The notes beneath the pieces were generated by a model, which searched no databases, had not been told where the DNA came from, and was given only the letters and a program-made list of their open reading frames with translations. A DNA stretch of 64,000 nt, taken from the NCBI GenBank assembly GCA_963676835.2, contig CAXXFF010000003.1:704001-768000 (forward strand), in the 5' to 3' direction. Numbering within the stretch: the stretch's first letter is position 1; every line of letters starts with the position of its first letter. The stretch is from Marispirochaeta sp. GTDB lineage: Bacteria > Spirochaetota > Spirochaetia > JC444 > Marispirochaetaceae. Positions 20,187-30,243 of this stretch are shown piece by piece. Made by a program: the position numbers and the translations under genes.

Positions 20187-20687
20187 ATGGAAACAAATGA
20201 TTATATCCGCCCCACCTGGGACGAATACTTTATGGAAGTCTGCGACGCAATAGCCAAACGGGCAACCTGTGACCGCGGCCGTTCAGGCTGTGTTATTGCC
20301 CGGGACCGGCAGATTCTGGTTACCGGATACGTAGGCTCCCCCACCGGCTTTCCTCACTGCGATGAAGAGGGCCACCAGTTTAAGAAGATGGTTCACGAGG
20401 ACGGCCATATTACCCAGCACTGTGTCCGTACGGTCCATGCCGAGCAGAATGCCATCTGTCAGGCTGCAAGGCGGGGAGTAAGCCTTGACGGCGCCACCCT
20501 CTACTGCAAGATGACCCCCTGCAGAACCTGCGCCATGCTGATTATCAACTGCGGAATAAAACGGGTGGTATGTAAACGCAAATACCATGCCGGAGCAGAA
20601 TCCGAGGAGTTCTTCCGGCAGGCAGGTATAAGTCTTGAATATTTCAGTGATGATGTAGAGTCCTACACCAATCAGGAAGGAAGCTGA
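20187..20687 (+). CDS. dCMP deaminase / ComEB-family deaminase
   Basis: RPTWDEYFM, RATC.R..GCVI, HAEQNAI, TPCRTC. Confidence 0.92.
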   Translation: METNDYIRPTWDEYFMEVCDAIAKRATCDRGRSGCVIARDRQILVTGYVGSPTGFPHCDEEGHQFKKMVHEDGHITQHCVRTVHAEQNAICQAARRGVSLDGATLYCKMTPCRTCAMLIINCGIKRVVCKRKYHAGAESEEFFRQAGISLEYFSDDVESYTNQEGS

Positions 20688-20733
20688 AGACTGAAGCTGT
20701 AAGCTGTAAGAGAGAAAAAAGGCGGCTGTAGAA

Positions 20734-21033
20734 TCAGGGCAGAAGAATCTTTCTTTTCTCCGGGTCCTTGCACGGGCGGAAATAAACCGCAATATTGCCG
20801 ATTATCCTTACCAGTGAGGCATCGAGAGCCTCAGATAGCTGAGGGGCTATCTCTTTCCGTTCTTCCTTGAACTCGATAAACTTCAGTTTTACCAGTTCAT
20901 GATCCTCCAGGGCTTTATCGAGGGCGCGGATCATGCTGTCCGTAGGCCCTTCCTTGCCGAGCATAACCACCGGCTTAAGGCTTGATGCCTTTGAGCTCAA
21001 GAATTTTCTCTGAGCACTGTTTAATTCCTGCAT
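20734..21033 (-). CDS. yhbY: YhbY/CRM-domain RNA-binding protein
   Basis: QRKFL...A..LKPVV.LGKEG, HELVK, RIIG...VYFR. Confidence 0.88.
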   Translation of the reverse strand: MQELNSAQRKFLSSKASSLKPVVMLGKEGPTDSMIRALDKALEDHELVKLKFIEFKEERKEIAPQLSEALDASLVRIIGNIAVYFRPCKDPEKRKILLP

Positions 21034-21043
21034 TGTAATCTGT

Positions 21044-22252
21044 TTATCTCCATGAGCCGCTCTCGGACCGTGCCTGCCGGGGAGGCTCTGCATGTATGTA
21101 ATCCGGAAAAATAACCGGAATCCAACCCGCCGGATCTGCCATATTCCGGTCGATAAGACCTATTGCCACGTCATCCGTAAGTTCCGCCACCAGATAGGGA
21201 GTTCCGTCAACAGTGATCCGGGCGCCATTGCCGGGAACATCAACTGCCCCCATGGCATGGCCGTACTTCTCGGAGACAAGGAGAATAGCGTCAATATCAA
21301 ATGAATGCAAGATGAGCGCATAGAGCAGGCCCAGGGAATCACAATCTCCTGCACGGGAGATAACCGCCTGCAGTGGATCGAGGAAATCACTCAACGTGCC
21401 TGAACGCTTATAGGTAAACTGCTGCAGCCAGCTTAAAAGCTCCCTAGCTATGCGGGAGGCCTCCTCCGGCCCGGGATTATCCGGATAGACCGTATGCAGA
21501 TGACTGATAAGAGGCTCCACTCCGGCCAGCGCATCACGATAGAGCATACGGTAGAAACGGGTCCAGGCTGTTACCGTAGCGGTAACACTGAGTATGCGCG
21601 CCTCCCTTTCGGAGACATAGCAGGCAGACTCAACCAGGCCCGAATCGAGTTCGATGGTAAAATTAATTCCCCCTGCAGTCACCCCCACTGCTGCCGGCTT
21701 ACCCGCAGAAAAAAGCCGGTCAAAAAAAGCCACCGGCCCGGGGAGTCTGTTACAGCTCGGGTCCGGAGAGTAGGAATCTAGGGCTGAGAGAATAAAGTCG
21801 TTGTAGGCAGGCAGATCGGTGGCTTCACTGAAGCCTAAAAGCACAACCGGATCTGTTTCAGATTCAGCCTGAGGGAGTGTTGCTAAAAGATAGCCGGAAA
21901 AATCGAAGCCCCCGGCGGAAAACTCAACAGTGCCGAAGTATGATTCGGTTGAACCATAGGTGAAGAGCGATCCATCTCCATGGGCATCGATTTTAGATGC
22001 AGCCCGGTTGACCAGGTTCTCGATGGAAGTTTCCCCGGGAAAACGCTTTATCTGAAGAAACGCCTTCTGCCCGCCGATTTCCCAGGTAAGCTTTTCATCC
22101 TCACTGCCCAGTTCGGCCCAGCCTTCGGGCATATCGATAAAATTACCGAAAGCTCCAAGCCCGAGGGGTGCCGCTCCTGCAGGTATGAGAAGGATAAAAA
22201 GAACGATAAAAATTACAGGTAGATTACAACGATAACAGGTTCTGCATCTCAA
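21044..22252 (-). CDS. Exported protein with C-terminal transglutaminase-like domain
   Basis: Hydrophobic N-terminus; GDCDSLGLLY...HAMGAV...YLVAE resembles a Cys-His-acid papain-like core. Confidence 0.6.
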   Translation of the reverse strand: MRCRTCYRCNLPVIFIVLFILLIPAGAAPLGLGAFGNFIDMPEGWAELGSEDEKLTWEIGGQKAFLQIKRFPGETSIENLVNRAASKIDAHGDGSLFTYGSTESYFGTVEFSAGGFDFSGYLLATLPQAESETDPVVLLGFSEATDLPAYNDFILSALDSYSPDPSCNRLPGPVAFFDRLFSAGKPAAVGVTAGGINFTIELDSGLVESACYVSEREARILSVTATVTAWTRFYRMLYRDALAGVEPLISHLHTVYPDNPGPEEASRIARELLSWLQQFTYKRSGTLSDFLDPLQAVISRAGDCDSLGLLYALILHSFDIDAILLVSEKYGHAMGAVDVPGNGARITVDGTPYLVAELTDDVAIGLIDRNMADPAGWIPVIFPDYIHAEPPRQARSESGSWR

Positions 22253-23607
22253 CTTTCGGCTCCCTCCCGGGCATCGATTGACCGGCGGATACTGGTGTAC
22301 CGTTCTTCATTTATCGGATAAAAAAGAAGAACTATAACCGCCAGCACAAAGAAGACCGCCGGCACAGGCCCGAGGAGAAGCTTTATAGCGCCTATGGCCT
22401 TCTCTTCCTGCACCGCATTTTCCACAAAGCCTGAAAGCTCAAGCATCCAGCCCATAAGACCCACTGCAAGGCCCTGCCCCGCCTTGGTAAGGAAGGTCCA
22501 GTTGCCGTAAAAAGCCCCCTCTTTGCGCACCCCGGTTTTAAGGTAATCCTCATCAATGGCATCGGGAACCATGGCAAAGGGTGTGGGAAACACAAAACCG
22601 TTGCCGATCCCTGCCAGGGCAAAGATTATCAGGGAGCCCGAGAGCCCCACCCCGGGTCCGGCAAAGTAGAAAACAAAGAGCATGACAGCAAGAATAGCCA
22701 GACCGATGGCATAGGTCGCCTTTTTACCGATTTTTTTCGAGACAACTACGCTCAAGGGTACCGATGGAATCGAGACAACCAGCAGCAGTCCCAGAGCGGA
22801 GCCGGTGGCTGCTTCATCTCCAAAGATGTATTTGTAATAGTAGACCATTATGCCCGTAACAATGGTGATGGCAAAGATATGCAGTACATAGGCAAAGGTT
22901 ATTAGCAGGTAAGCAGGAGATTTAAAAACCTCCAGATAGGATGCGGCAATACCCTTGCCCCTGGTTGTTTCAGCCGGGGGCCTGAGAGGTTCCCGTACAG
23001 AGAGAAAGGTAATAAGAGCGGTTACCGCCATAATGGCCCCGAAAAGAATGCCCACAACTGAGTAGCCTCTGCGGGGATCAGCAAAGGCATCCCGTATAGG
23101 CAGCACAGCCACGGCCCCGAGCAAAGTGCCTACCAGGGCAAACACAAAGCGGTAGCCATTGAGACTGCTCCGTTCTTTGTAATCCTGTGTGAGATCCGGC
23201 GTAAGGGCTGTATAGGGAACAATAACCACCGTATAGGCAGTACCTAACAGGCAGTAGGCAATGAGGGCCCACCAGAAAAGCCCCTGCTGGGAGCTTACAT
23301 ATCCCGGAGCGGAGAACATGAATATCATTGCCGCCGCAAGAGGCAGGGCACCGAAAAGCAGCCATGGACGACGCCGGCCCCATCGGCTGACGGTACGGTC
23401 ACTGAGAATCCCCACGGCGGGATCGGTTATGGCATCCCAGATCTTTCCCACAAGAACCACCGTTCCGGCAAGGGCTGCTGAAAGATGAACGGTATCGGTA
23501 AGAAAGTTAAGCAGCCAGAAGGCGATTACGGTAAAATAGAGGTTTCCCCCGAGATCACAGACTCCGAAGCCTGCTTTGGCGGCAATACTCAGTCGTTTTT
23601 CACTCAT
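22249..23607 (-). CDS. GPH-family (MelB-like) glycoside:cation symporter
   Basis: KIWDAITDPAVG..SDRT.SRWGRRRPW, PYTAL..DLT....ER, MVPDAID, EG.FYG. Confidence 0.92.
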   Translation of the reverse strand: MSEKRLSIAAKAGFGVCDLGGNLYFTVIAFWLLNFLTDTVHLSAALAGTVVLVGKIWDAITDPAVGILSDRTVSRWGRRRPWLLFGALPLAAAMIFMFSAPGYVSSQQGLFWWALIAYCLLGTAYTVVIVPYTALTPDLTQDYKERSSLNGYRFVFALVGTLLGAVAVLPIRDAFADPRRGYSVVGILFGAIMAVTALITFLSVREPLRPPAETTRGKGIAASYLEVFKSPAYLLITFAYVLHIFAITIVTGIMVYYYKYIFGDEAATGSALGLLLVVSIPSVPLSVVVSKKIGKKATYAIGLAILAVMLFVFYFAGPGVGLSGSLIIFALAGIGNGFVFPTPFAMVPDAIDEDYLKTGVRKEGAFYGNWTFLTKAGQGLAVGLMGWMLELSGFVENAVQEEKAIGAIKLLLGPVPAVFFVLAVIVLLFYPINEERYTSIRRSIDAREGAES

Positions 23608-23670
23608 ACCCGTATCATATACCCCGTAAGGCAAGGGGACAAGCTGACTTTGCGGAAGGGACTATGAGGA

Positions 23671-24564
23671 TCAGGAATAGTGCCGCAGAATAGAGAGCAC
23701 AGAAGAGTAGTAGGAACCGCCGAACATATTCAGATGATTCAGCAGATGGTAGAGATTGTAGGCATCTTTCCGTTCGGAAAACCCCGGCTCCATGGGCCAG
23801 ATTTCGTTATATGCGGCAATGAGCCGGGGACTGAAGCCGCCGAAAAGCTCAGTCATGGCAAGATCCGCTTCACGATGACCGTAGTATACCGCAGGATCTA
23901 TCAGCACCGGCATACCGGTATCATCAACCATGTAGTTACCGCCCCAGAGATCACCGTGCAGCAGGGACGATGCATCGGGCTCCGGAAGAATCTTCCCAAT
24001 ACGCCGAATAAATTGTTCGCCCGCCTTGAGCAGCACCCCGTCGGCACTGCCGTTTTTTCGGGCAAGATCCAGCTGAAAGCCGATTCTTTTCTGTGCAAAA
24101 AAATCGAGCCAGCTCCCATTCCATCCGTTGGGCTGTACAGTGGCACCGATATGGTTATCTTCGTTGAAGCCGAAGCCTTTGCTCTGGCTTTTCCGGTGGA
24201 TGGCCGCCAGTCCTTCCGCAAAGCTGTCCCAGAAGGAAGCGTCTTTGCTGCCCCCGGGGATGTACTCCAGAATAAGGATCTGTTCAGACCCGTCCTGATG
24301 AACCCCCAGAACCTCCGGAACCCTCAAGCCCCCGGCAGACCCCAGGGCGGTAAGCCCCTCAGCCTCTTCACGGAAAAGCCCCTGCAGCCGGGCACTGTTC
24401 CGCTTGAGGAAGATGTACTCTCCCCCGGTTAGCTCAAGAAGCTCCGCCTGGTTGATATCACCCCCGGAAACGGACTTGCGGGAGAGTATTTCCCGGCTGC
24501 CACTGATTTCCATAATCCTTGCGGCGAGATATTCTCCACAGGTCCCGGTAAAATTCCCGGTCAC
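23671..24564 (-). CDS. Fructosamine kinase family protein
   Basis: SGGDIN, FLKRN, FGF..DNHIG...QPN, LLHGDLWGGN, DPAVYYGHREADLAM. Confidence 0.93.
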   Translation of the reverse strand: MTGNFTGTCGEYLAARIMEISGSREILSRKSVSGGDINQAELLELTGGEYIFLKRNSARLQGLFREEAEGLTALGSAGGLRVPEVLGVHQDGSEQILILEYIPGGSKDASFWDSFAEGLAAIHRKSQSKGFGFNEDNHIGATVQPNGWNGSWLDFFAQKRIGFQLDLARKNGSADGVLLKAGEQFIRRIGKILPEPDASSLLHGDLWGGNYMVDDTGMPVLIDPAVYYGHREADLAMTELFGGFSPRLIAAYNEIWPMEPGFSERKDAYNLYHLLNHLNMFGGSYYSSVLSILRHYS

Positions 24565-25055
24565 AGGTCGTACCCGTTTCTCTCCAGGTAATCCAGCAGG
24601 CCGTCAACAGTGCGGTCAACCATTTCGTAGACCCGGGTAAATCCCTCACTGCCGCCGTAGTAGGGATCGGGAACTTCACCTGTACCCTCGGGATCAAAGT
24701 CCCGGAAAAGCCGGATCCTGCCGGCATATTCAGCATAACCGTTTACCGCAGACCGCTGCATTTCCCTTATGTGGGATCTGGACATCCCGAAAAGGAGATC
24801 ATACTCTTCAAGATCCTGAGGAAAGAACTGTCTGGCTCTGTTTCTGCTTCGTACCCCGTGGCGGGAAAGTTCCGCTCCCATCCTGTAATCCACAGGCTCA
24901 CCCACGTGATAGGCGGTGGTGCCCGACGAGGCAACCTCAATAAGGTCGGCAAGCCCCCGTTCGGACAGTTTATGTTCAAGTACAGCATGAGCAGCAGGTG
25001 ACCGGCAGATATTACCGGTGCAGACAAACATGATTTTAAGCTTTTTCTTTTTCAT
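24561..25055 (-). CDS. Low-molecular-weight protein-tyrosine phosphatase
   Basis: VCTGNICRSP P-loop, DPYYG; stop overlaps the fructosamine kinase start. Confidence 0.95.
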   Translation of the reverse strand: MKKKKLKIMFVCTGNICRSPAAHAVLEHKLSERGLADLIEVASSGTTAYHVGEPVDYRMGAELSRHGVRSRNRARQFFPQDLEEYDLLFGMSRSHIREMQRSAVNGYAEYAGRIRLFRDFDPEGTGEVPDPYYGGSEGFTRVYEMVDRTVDGLLDYLERNGYDL

Positions 25056-25123
25056 GGAATCTAAAAAGTACCAAAAGCGCCACCCAATGTTAAGACAGCA
25101 GATGGATATGCGGTATCGGCCTG

Positions 25124-25867
25124 TCAGCTCCCGGAGAGAATGGAATCCCCCGGAATAAAAGAGAGTTCTTCCAGGGGCTTGTCGGGTGGAAGCCAGACGC
25201 CGCCGAAAGGGCTGTATTCCAGGGGTGAGTAGCCGGCCTTGTAGGCCATGGACCGGTTACCATGAACATAGAACCCGAGATAAACCCGCTCAAGATTTTC
25301 ACGGACTGCAGCCTGCAGCAGCTTTAAAACCGCCAGCTTTCCGGGACTTGCCCAGCCGTAGTCTGTATCATTGTAGTAGGTGTAAACAGCAGAAAGGCTC
25401 TCTCCCGTCCTGTCAAAATGTGAGACACAAACAAGAGTATCCCCGTCCCGGATAGTCAGAATACCTGCGGCCGGATGGGGAGCGAAAAAACTCTCCCGGA
25501 ACACCTCTATGCTGCTGGATTCAGTGTCATCAAAGCGTTTTTTATGATTTGTATAGAGTCTGAACGCCTCTGCAGTATCGGGTATCTCATCAAATGAGAT
25601 TTGAAGATCCGATGCCTTGTTCAAAACCCTGCGCCATGACCGGCGGCTCTCCGGAGGCTCCGCGCCGATTCTCACAGGAACACAGGCGGTACAGCTTCCA
25701 CAGGCCGGACGGAAATAATAGGCGCCGAAATGCCGGTAGCCGTAAGCAAGCAGGATCTCATGTTCCTCCGGAGTAACTTTAGAGACAAGAAACTGCTCCA
25801 TAATTGTTCTTTGCCCGGAAATGTACGGACAAGGGTATTCACTCTTTTCAAGCAGTACAGCTTGCAC
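25124..25867 (-). CDS. Ate1/Bpt-family aminoacyl-tRNA--protein transferase
   Basis: CPYI, GYRHFG.Y..RP.C..C..C...R, LSAVYTYY, YLGFYV...SM.YK..Y.P. Confidence 0.85.
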   Translation of the reverse strand: MQAVLLEKSEYPCPYISGQRTIMEQFLVSKVTPEEHEILLAYGYRHFGAYYFRPACGSCTACVPVRIGAEPPESRRSWRRVLNKASDLQISFDEIPDTAEAFRLYTNHKKRFDDTESSSIEVFRESFFAPHPAAGILTIRDGDTLVCVSHFDRTGESLSAVYTYYNDTDYGWASPGKLAVLKLLQAAVRENLERVYLGFYVHGNRSMAYKAGYSPLEYSPFGGVWLPPDKPLEELSFIPGDSILSGS

Positions 25868-25985
25868 GGGAACTCCTTGGATATGACCTGATTATAAAAC
25901 AGAGACTTCTATAATGTCGCCGAAGGAGAAAAAAAAGTGTACATTATTGCTCAGTAATTTTTTTAGAGCCCATTCGGAGTTGCAT

Positions 25986-26903
25986 ATGCCCTTGAATATT
26001 CCCGACAAACTGCCTGCTTTTGAAGTCTTAACCGGTGAGAACATTTTTGTTATGTCCCACAGCCGGGCCATGCAGCAGGATATACGCCCCCTGAAAATCG
26101 GGATACTCAACCTTATGCCCCTTAAAATAGAAACAGAGGTGCATCTGCTCAGACTGCTGGGAAACACTCCCCTCCAGGTGGAAGTCGACCTGCTGCATAC
26201 AGCAACCTACCGCTCAAAACACACCCCCGACAGTCATCTGGATGCCTTCTATACCACCTTTGAAGACATCCGGAATAAAAACTACGACGGCTTTATTATT
26301 ACCGGAGCCCCGGTGGAGCAGATGGAGTTTGAAGACGTGGCATACTGGGATGAGCTGACCACCATTATGGACTGGACCCGAACCCATGTAACCAGCACCC
26401 TCCACATCTGCTGGGCGGCTCAGGCCGGTCTCTACTATAAATACAAGGTTCCCAAATATCCCCTGGACCGCAAGATGTTCGGGATCTTCTCCCATACCAT
26501 TCTCGAACCCCAGACGGCCCTGGTACGGGGTTTTGACGATGATTTTCTGGCACCCCACTCCCGGCACACGGAAATCCGCAGGGAGGATGTTCTTGCGGTT
26601 AAGGAACTGAAGCTGATTTCAGAATCGGAAGATGCCGGGGTTTTTATGGTTACCAACGGCGACGGCCGGGAGATATTTGTTACGGGCCATATGGAATATG
26701 ACCCCCTTACCTTAAAGAACGAATATATGCGGGACAAAAACAAAGGACTGGAAATCAGTCCTCCGGAGAACTACTTTCCCGAAGGAGATGAAAACAGCCA
26801 CCCAGTGGTCCGCTGGCGCAGTCATGCGAATCTGCTGTTTTCAAACTGGCTCAACTATTACGTTTATCAGATGACACCCTATCATCTTGAAGAAATTCAC
26901 TGA
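25986..26903 (+). CDS. metA: Homoserine O-acyltransferase MetA, probably acetyl-specific
   Basis: [39 protein letters not shown]. Confidence 0.95.
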   Translation: MPLNIPDKLPAFEVLTGENIFVMSHSRAMQQDIRPLKIGILNLMPLKIETEVHLLRLLGNTPLQVEVDLLHTATYRSKHTPDSHLDAFYTTFEDIRNKNYDGFIITGAPVEQMEFEDVAYWDELTTIMDWTRTHVTSTLHICWAAQAGLYYKYKVPKYPLDRKMFGIFSHTILEPQTALVRGFDDDFLAPHSRHTEIRREDVLAVKELKLISESEDAGVFMVTNGDGREIFVTGHMEYDPLTLKNEYMRDKNKGLEISPPENYFPEGDENSHPVVRWRSHANLLFSNWLNYYVYQMTPYHLEEIH

Positions 26904-29900
26904 GCGGGGGCCAGACAGAAAATTCCTTCAGCGCCTGCATAAAGGGCGAAAAAGCAGCCTCAACGGCGGCTTCATCACCCTTCCGGGCGGCTTTTTCAAG
27001 GGCAAGAGCTGTTATGTGGAGTGGATCTGCAAACAGATTTGCTGATCCGCCCTTTATGGAATGAACCTCCCGGTGAAGGGTAACCCAGTCCCCGGCCTTC
27101 ATGGCCTCTTCTATTACCAGCCGCTGTTCATTCAGGGCTTCAAGAAATCCACCGACAAGGGTTCGGGCAAGTGCAGAGTCGCCGTCAACTTCAGCAAGCA
27201 GGGCTTCTGCATCGAAGACTGGACTTTTTCTGTTTTTATCGTGTTTGTCATTTTGATATTCTTTACCATTGGTATCCGTTTCTTCCTGTGCAGAGCTCTT
27301 CCCTTTAACCAGCCTCTCTTCAATCAGGTTTTCTGCTTCCTTAAGATCCGGCAGGGTTTCGACAGCAGTATCGGAAGAGGCTATAACAGATGATGGAAGA
27401 AGATCTGCGATAACCTTGTAGAGAGCTGTTTTTCTCAAGGGTTTAACCAGGACTTCATTCATACCGCTTTCATGGCAGCGGCGGATATCCCGTTTAAAGG
27501 CATTGGCAGTTACCCCGACAATGGGAACAGAAACAAGTCCGCTCTCTTCTTCATAAATACGGATTGCTTCCGTGGCTTCATACCCGTTCTTTTCGGGCAT
27601 ATGAACATCCATAAAAATAAGATCCGGGTGCTCTGCAGAATATAGTCCCGCAGCAGATGCTCCATCGGCGGCAAAAATAAGCACTGCGCCGGTGGGCTTC
27701 AGCATTATCTGCATAACCTCCGCATTGGGGCGGTAGTCTTCCGCAATAAGTATGCGTTTTCCCCGAAGATCCGGCAGTCCGGAATATTCCTCAACAGCAG
27801 AAGGAAGTACTCCGCTTCCCTGGGGATCACCATATGCCATGTACAGATCAAACCAGAAGCTGGTTCCGCTTCCCGGCGAACTTTCGAAACTGATGGAGCC
27901 GTCCATCAGCTCCACCAGCTGCCTCGCTATGGTGGTTCCAAGGCCGGTACCGCCATAACGGCGGTTATCTCCTGTGTCCGCCTGAAAAAAGCTGTCGAAT
28001 ATACGCGTCTGCAGCTTTTCGGGAATGCCTATACCGGTATCCCTGACCAGAAAACGAATTAAGCCGCCGTCTTTATCGGAGTGGAGGGTTTCCGCCGACA
28101 GACAGACCTCGCCCTCATCGGTAAATTTCAGTGCATTGCTGATGAGATTGTTCAGCACCTGACGGATCCGCAAGGCGTCACCGCTTACATAGGCAGGAAG
28201 ATTATCCGTTAGGCTAAGATAGAGCCGAAGATCTTTCCGGTCTGCCGATTCCCGGTGAGACTGGAGTACCGAATCCAGGAGCCCTCCCAGATGAAACAGC
28301 TCCATTTGGGGCTTGAGTTTTCCCGCTTCTATTTTGGAAAAATCGAGCACCTGATTTATCAGGTCGAGAAGGCTTCCCGATTCATTCAGGATCATTCTGC
28401 TGTAATGCTGTCCGGCGGCAAGGTTCTCCGCCTCCTCTGCTGCTTCTGCAAAGCCGATGATGCAGTTGAGGGGAGTCCGCATCTCGTGACTCATCCTGGC
28501 TATAAAAGATGCGCGTGCATGTTCCGCAGCCCTGGCCTGTTCCAGGGCATTATGCAGCTCCGTGACATCATGTCCGAAGGAAATTATCTCCTGTATCTCT
28601 CCGGTTTCATCCTGCACAGGAAGCAGTGAATTATCGATAAAGTACTCCCCGCCCCGGCGGTTGCGGCACTTGATCAGACCGGACAACCTGCGTAATGAAG
28701 AGGGAATAGCCGCATCCATAAATTGAGAGTCCCCATTACTTACGGGACGCATAATATCAGCGAGATTCCGGCCAATTGAGTCATTGAAATCGATGGAAAA
28801 CCGTTCACGGAAATGGTCATTCATGTAGATGAGGTTTCCATCCTTGTCGGTTTTTGCCACCAGAGAGCTGGCATCCATGGCCTGCCGGTATGCCTCAAGA
28901 AACTGGCTGGCAGTATAGAGTCTGCGCTGCTGCTCCCGTTCTTCCGTCCGGTTACGCACAACCAGAAGAACCTCAGTCTCACCGGATTTTACAAAGCGGA
29001 ACTCATAAAAAAATCCCCGCCGCCCTTCATTGCGGTATTCAAACCAGGTTTCCCGCTCGAGGTCCAGCACAATATTACGGTAGTAGCGGATCTTATAACT
29101 CAAATCGTCTGCAAAAGCCTCTGCAAGTTCCGTGGGAAAATCCTGGGTCTGCAGGATCCGGTTGGTGTAGGGATGAAGCTGTACAGGGTGCAGGAGTTCA
29201 TCTTCATCGATCCTGAAAATTGAGTCCGGCAGTGTTCTGAGAATAGCCGACTGGAACTCAAGGCTTTTAATCAGCTTCCCCTCTGCCTCCTCCTTGCGCA
29301 GAAAGCCCCGGTTAATAAGGAGAGCTACCGGGATCAGCAGCAGGGCAGAGAGCATAAACCAGAGTACATACCCGCCCAGGCGGTTTTCGATAAGATGCTC
29401 TTCGACACTTGCGGGAAGAACCGAGATAAGATGGTAGATATCGCTGATAATGCGCATATCAGTACCACTGGTGTTCAGATTGATTCGTCCGCTGCTCACC
29501 AGGATATTATTGATCCATTGAGACTGGATTGCAGAACCCGAATCCATCACCTTCTGTAGAATTTGCGGCGAGGGAAGTGTTTCAGCCGAACCGTGAAGGC
29601 TGATTATCTGGCCTTCGGAGGTGGCAAAGTAATGATAGTAGGGGTCGTCCCGGCCACCGGGAAACATCATTGCCGTAAGGACAGTAATATCCACGGTAAC
29701 CCGTACCAGAGAAGCCATGCCGCCCTCTTTTTCTGCAGCTCGTGACCATATTTCAAGTACCGGCGGAACAGGTTCTGTCCAGAGAGCAGCTGTACTGATA
29801 AATTTACTCTCCAGCAGAATATTATTCTCTCCAAGGAGCGAAAGACGCTGCAGGAGCGAGGCATTCAGGGGTTCACCGACTCCCATGGACCGCAGTCCTC

Positions 29901-30243
29901 CGGGGAAATGAAGAACCGGGATTCCCCGGGGGTTATAAACCGTAACCGAACGGTACTGAGGTTTACTCCGCAGAAGGAGGTCAAAAGAAAGGGACAGGTC
30001 TTCGGAAACATCCCCAAGCGACCGGGAGACAAAGAGAGTATCACCGGCTATGTCCCTGAAGAACCTGCTGATAATGCTTTGCTGGTATTTCATCCGGTTG
30101 GTTATGGATGAGAGCTGAAAATCGCGGTATGACATATACCGGCTTACATGGAGGCTTACAATTATAACGAGAGCAACAGCAAGAAGACCAAGGTAAAGAG
30201 GAACAAGAAACTGTTTACGGGTGTCCCTGCTCTGACTATTCAC
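26851..30243 (-). CDS. Hybrid sensor histidine kinase (2 TM, extracytoplasmic domain, PAS, HisKA, HATPase, REC, Hpt)
   Basis: [49 protein letters not shown]. Confidence 0.93.
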   Translation of the reverse strand: MNSQSRDTRKQFLVPLYLGLLAVALVIIVSLHVSRYMSYRDFQLSSITNRMKYQQSIISRFFRDIAGDTLFVSRSLGDVSEDLSLSFDLLLRSKPQYRSVTVYNPRGIPVLHFPGGLRSMGVGEPLNASLLQRLSLLGENNILLESKFISTAALWTEPVPPVLEIWSRAAEKEGGMASLVRVTVDITVLTAMMFPGGRDDPYYHYFATSEGQIISLHGSAETLPSPQILQKVMDSGSAIQSQWINNILVSSGRINLNTSGTDMRIISDIYHLISVLPASVEEHLIENRLGGYVLWFMLSALLLIPVALLINRGFLRKEEAEGKLIKSLEFQSAILRTLPDSIFRIDEDELLHPVQLHPYTNRILQTQDFPTELAEAFADDLSYKIRYYRNIVLDLERETWFEYRNEGRRGFFYEFRFVKSGETEVLLVVRNRTEEREQQRRLYTASQFLEAYRQAMDASSLVAKTDKDGNLIYMNDHFRERFSIDFNDSIGRNLADIMRPVSNGDSQFMDAAIPSSLRRLSGLIKCRNRRGGEYFIDNSLLPVQDETGEIQEIISFGHDVTELHNALEQARAAEHARASFIARMSHEMRTPLNCIIGFAEAAEEAENLAAGQHYSRMILNESGSLLDLINQVLDFSKIEAGKLKPQMELFHLGGLLDSVLQSHRESADRKDLRLYLSLTDNLPAYVSGDALRIRQVLNNLISNALKFTDEGEVCLSAETLHSDKDGGLIRFLVRDTGIGIPEKLQTRIFDSFFQADTGDNRRYGGTGLGTTIARQLVELMDGSISFESSPGSGTSFWFDLYMAYGDPQGSGVLPSAVEEYSGLPDLRGKRILIAEDYRPNAEVMQIMLKPTGAVLIFAADGASAAGLYSAEHPDLIFMDVHMPEKNGYEATEAIRIYEEESGLVSVPIVGVTANAFKRDIRRCHESGMNEVLVKPLRKTALYKVIADLLPSSVIASSDTAVETLPDLKEAENLIEERLVKGKSSAQEETDTNGKEYQNDKHDKNRKSPVFDAEALLAEVDGDSALARTLVGGFLEALNEQRLVIEEAMKAGDWVTLHREVHSIKGGSANLFADPLHITALALEKAARKGDEAAVEAAFSPFMQALKEFSVWPPLSEFLQDDRVSSDKRNS

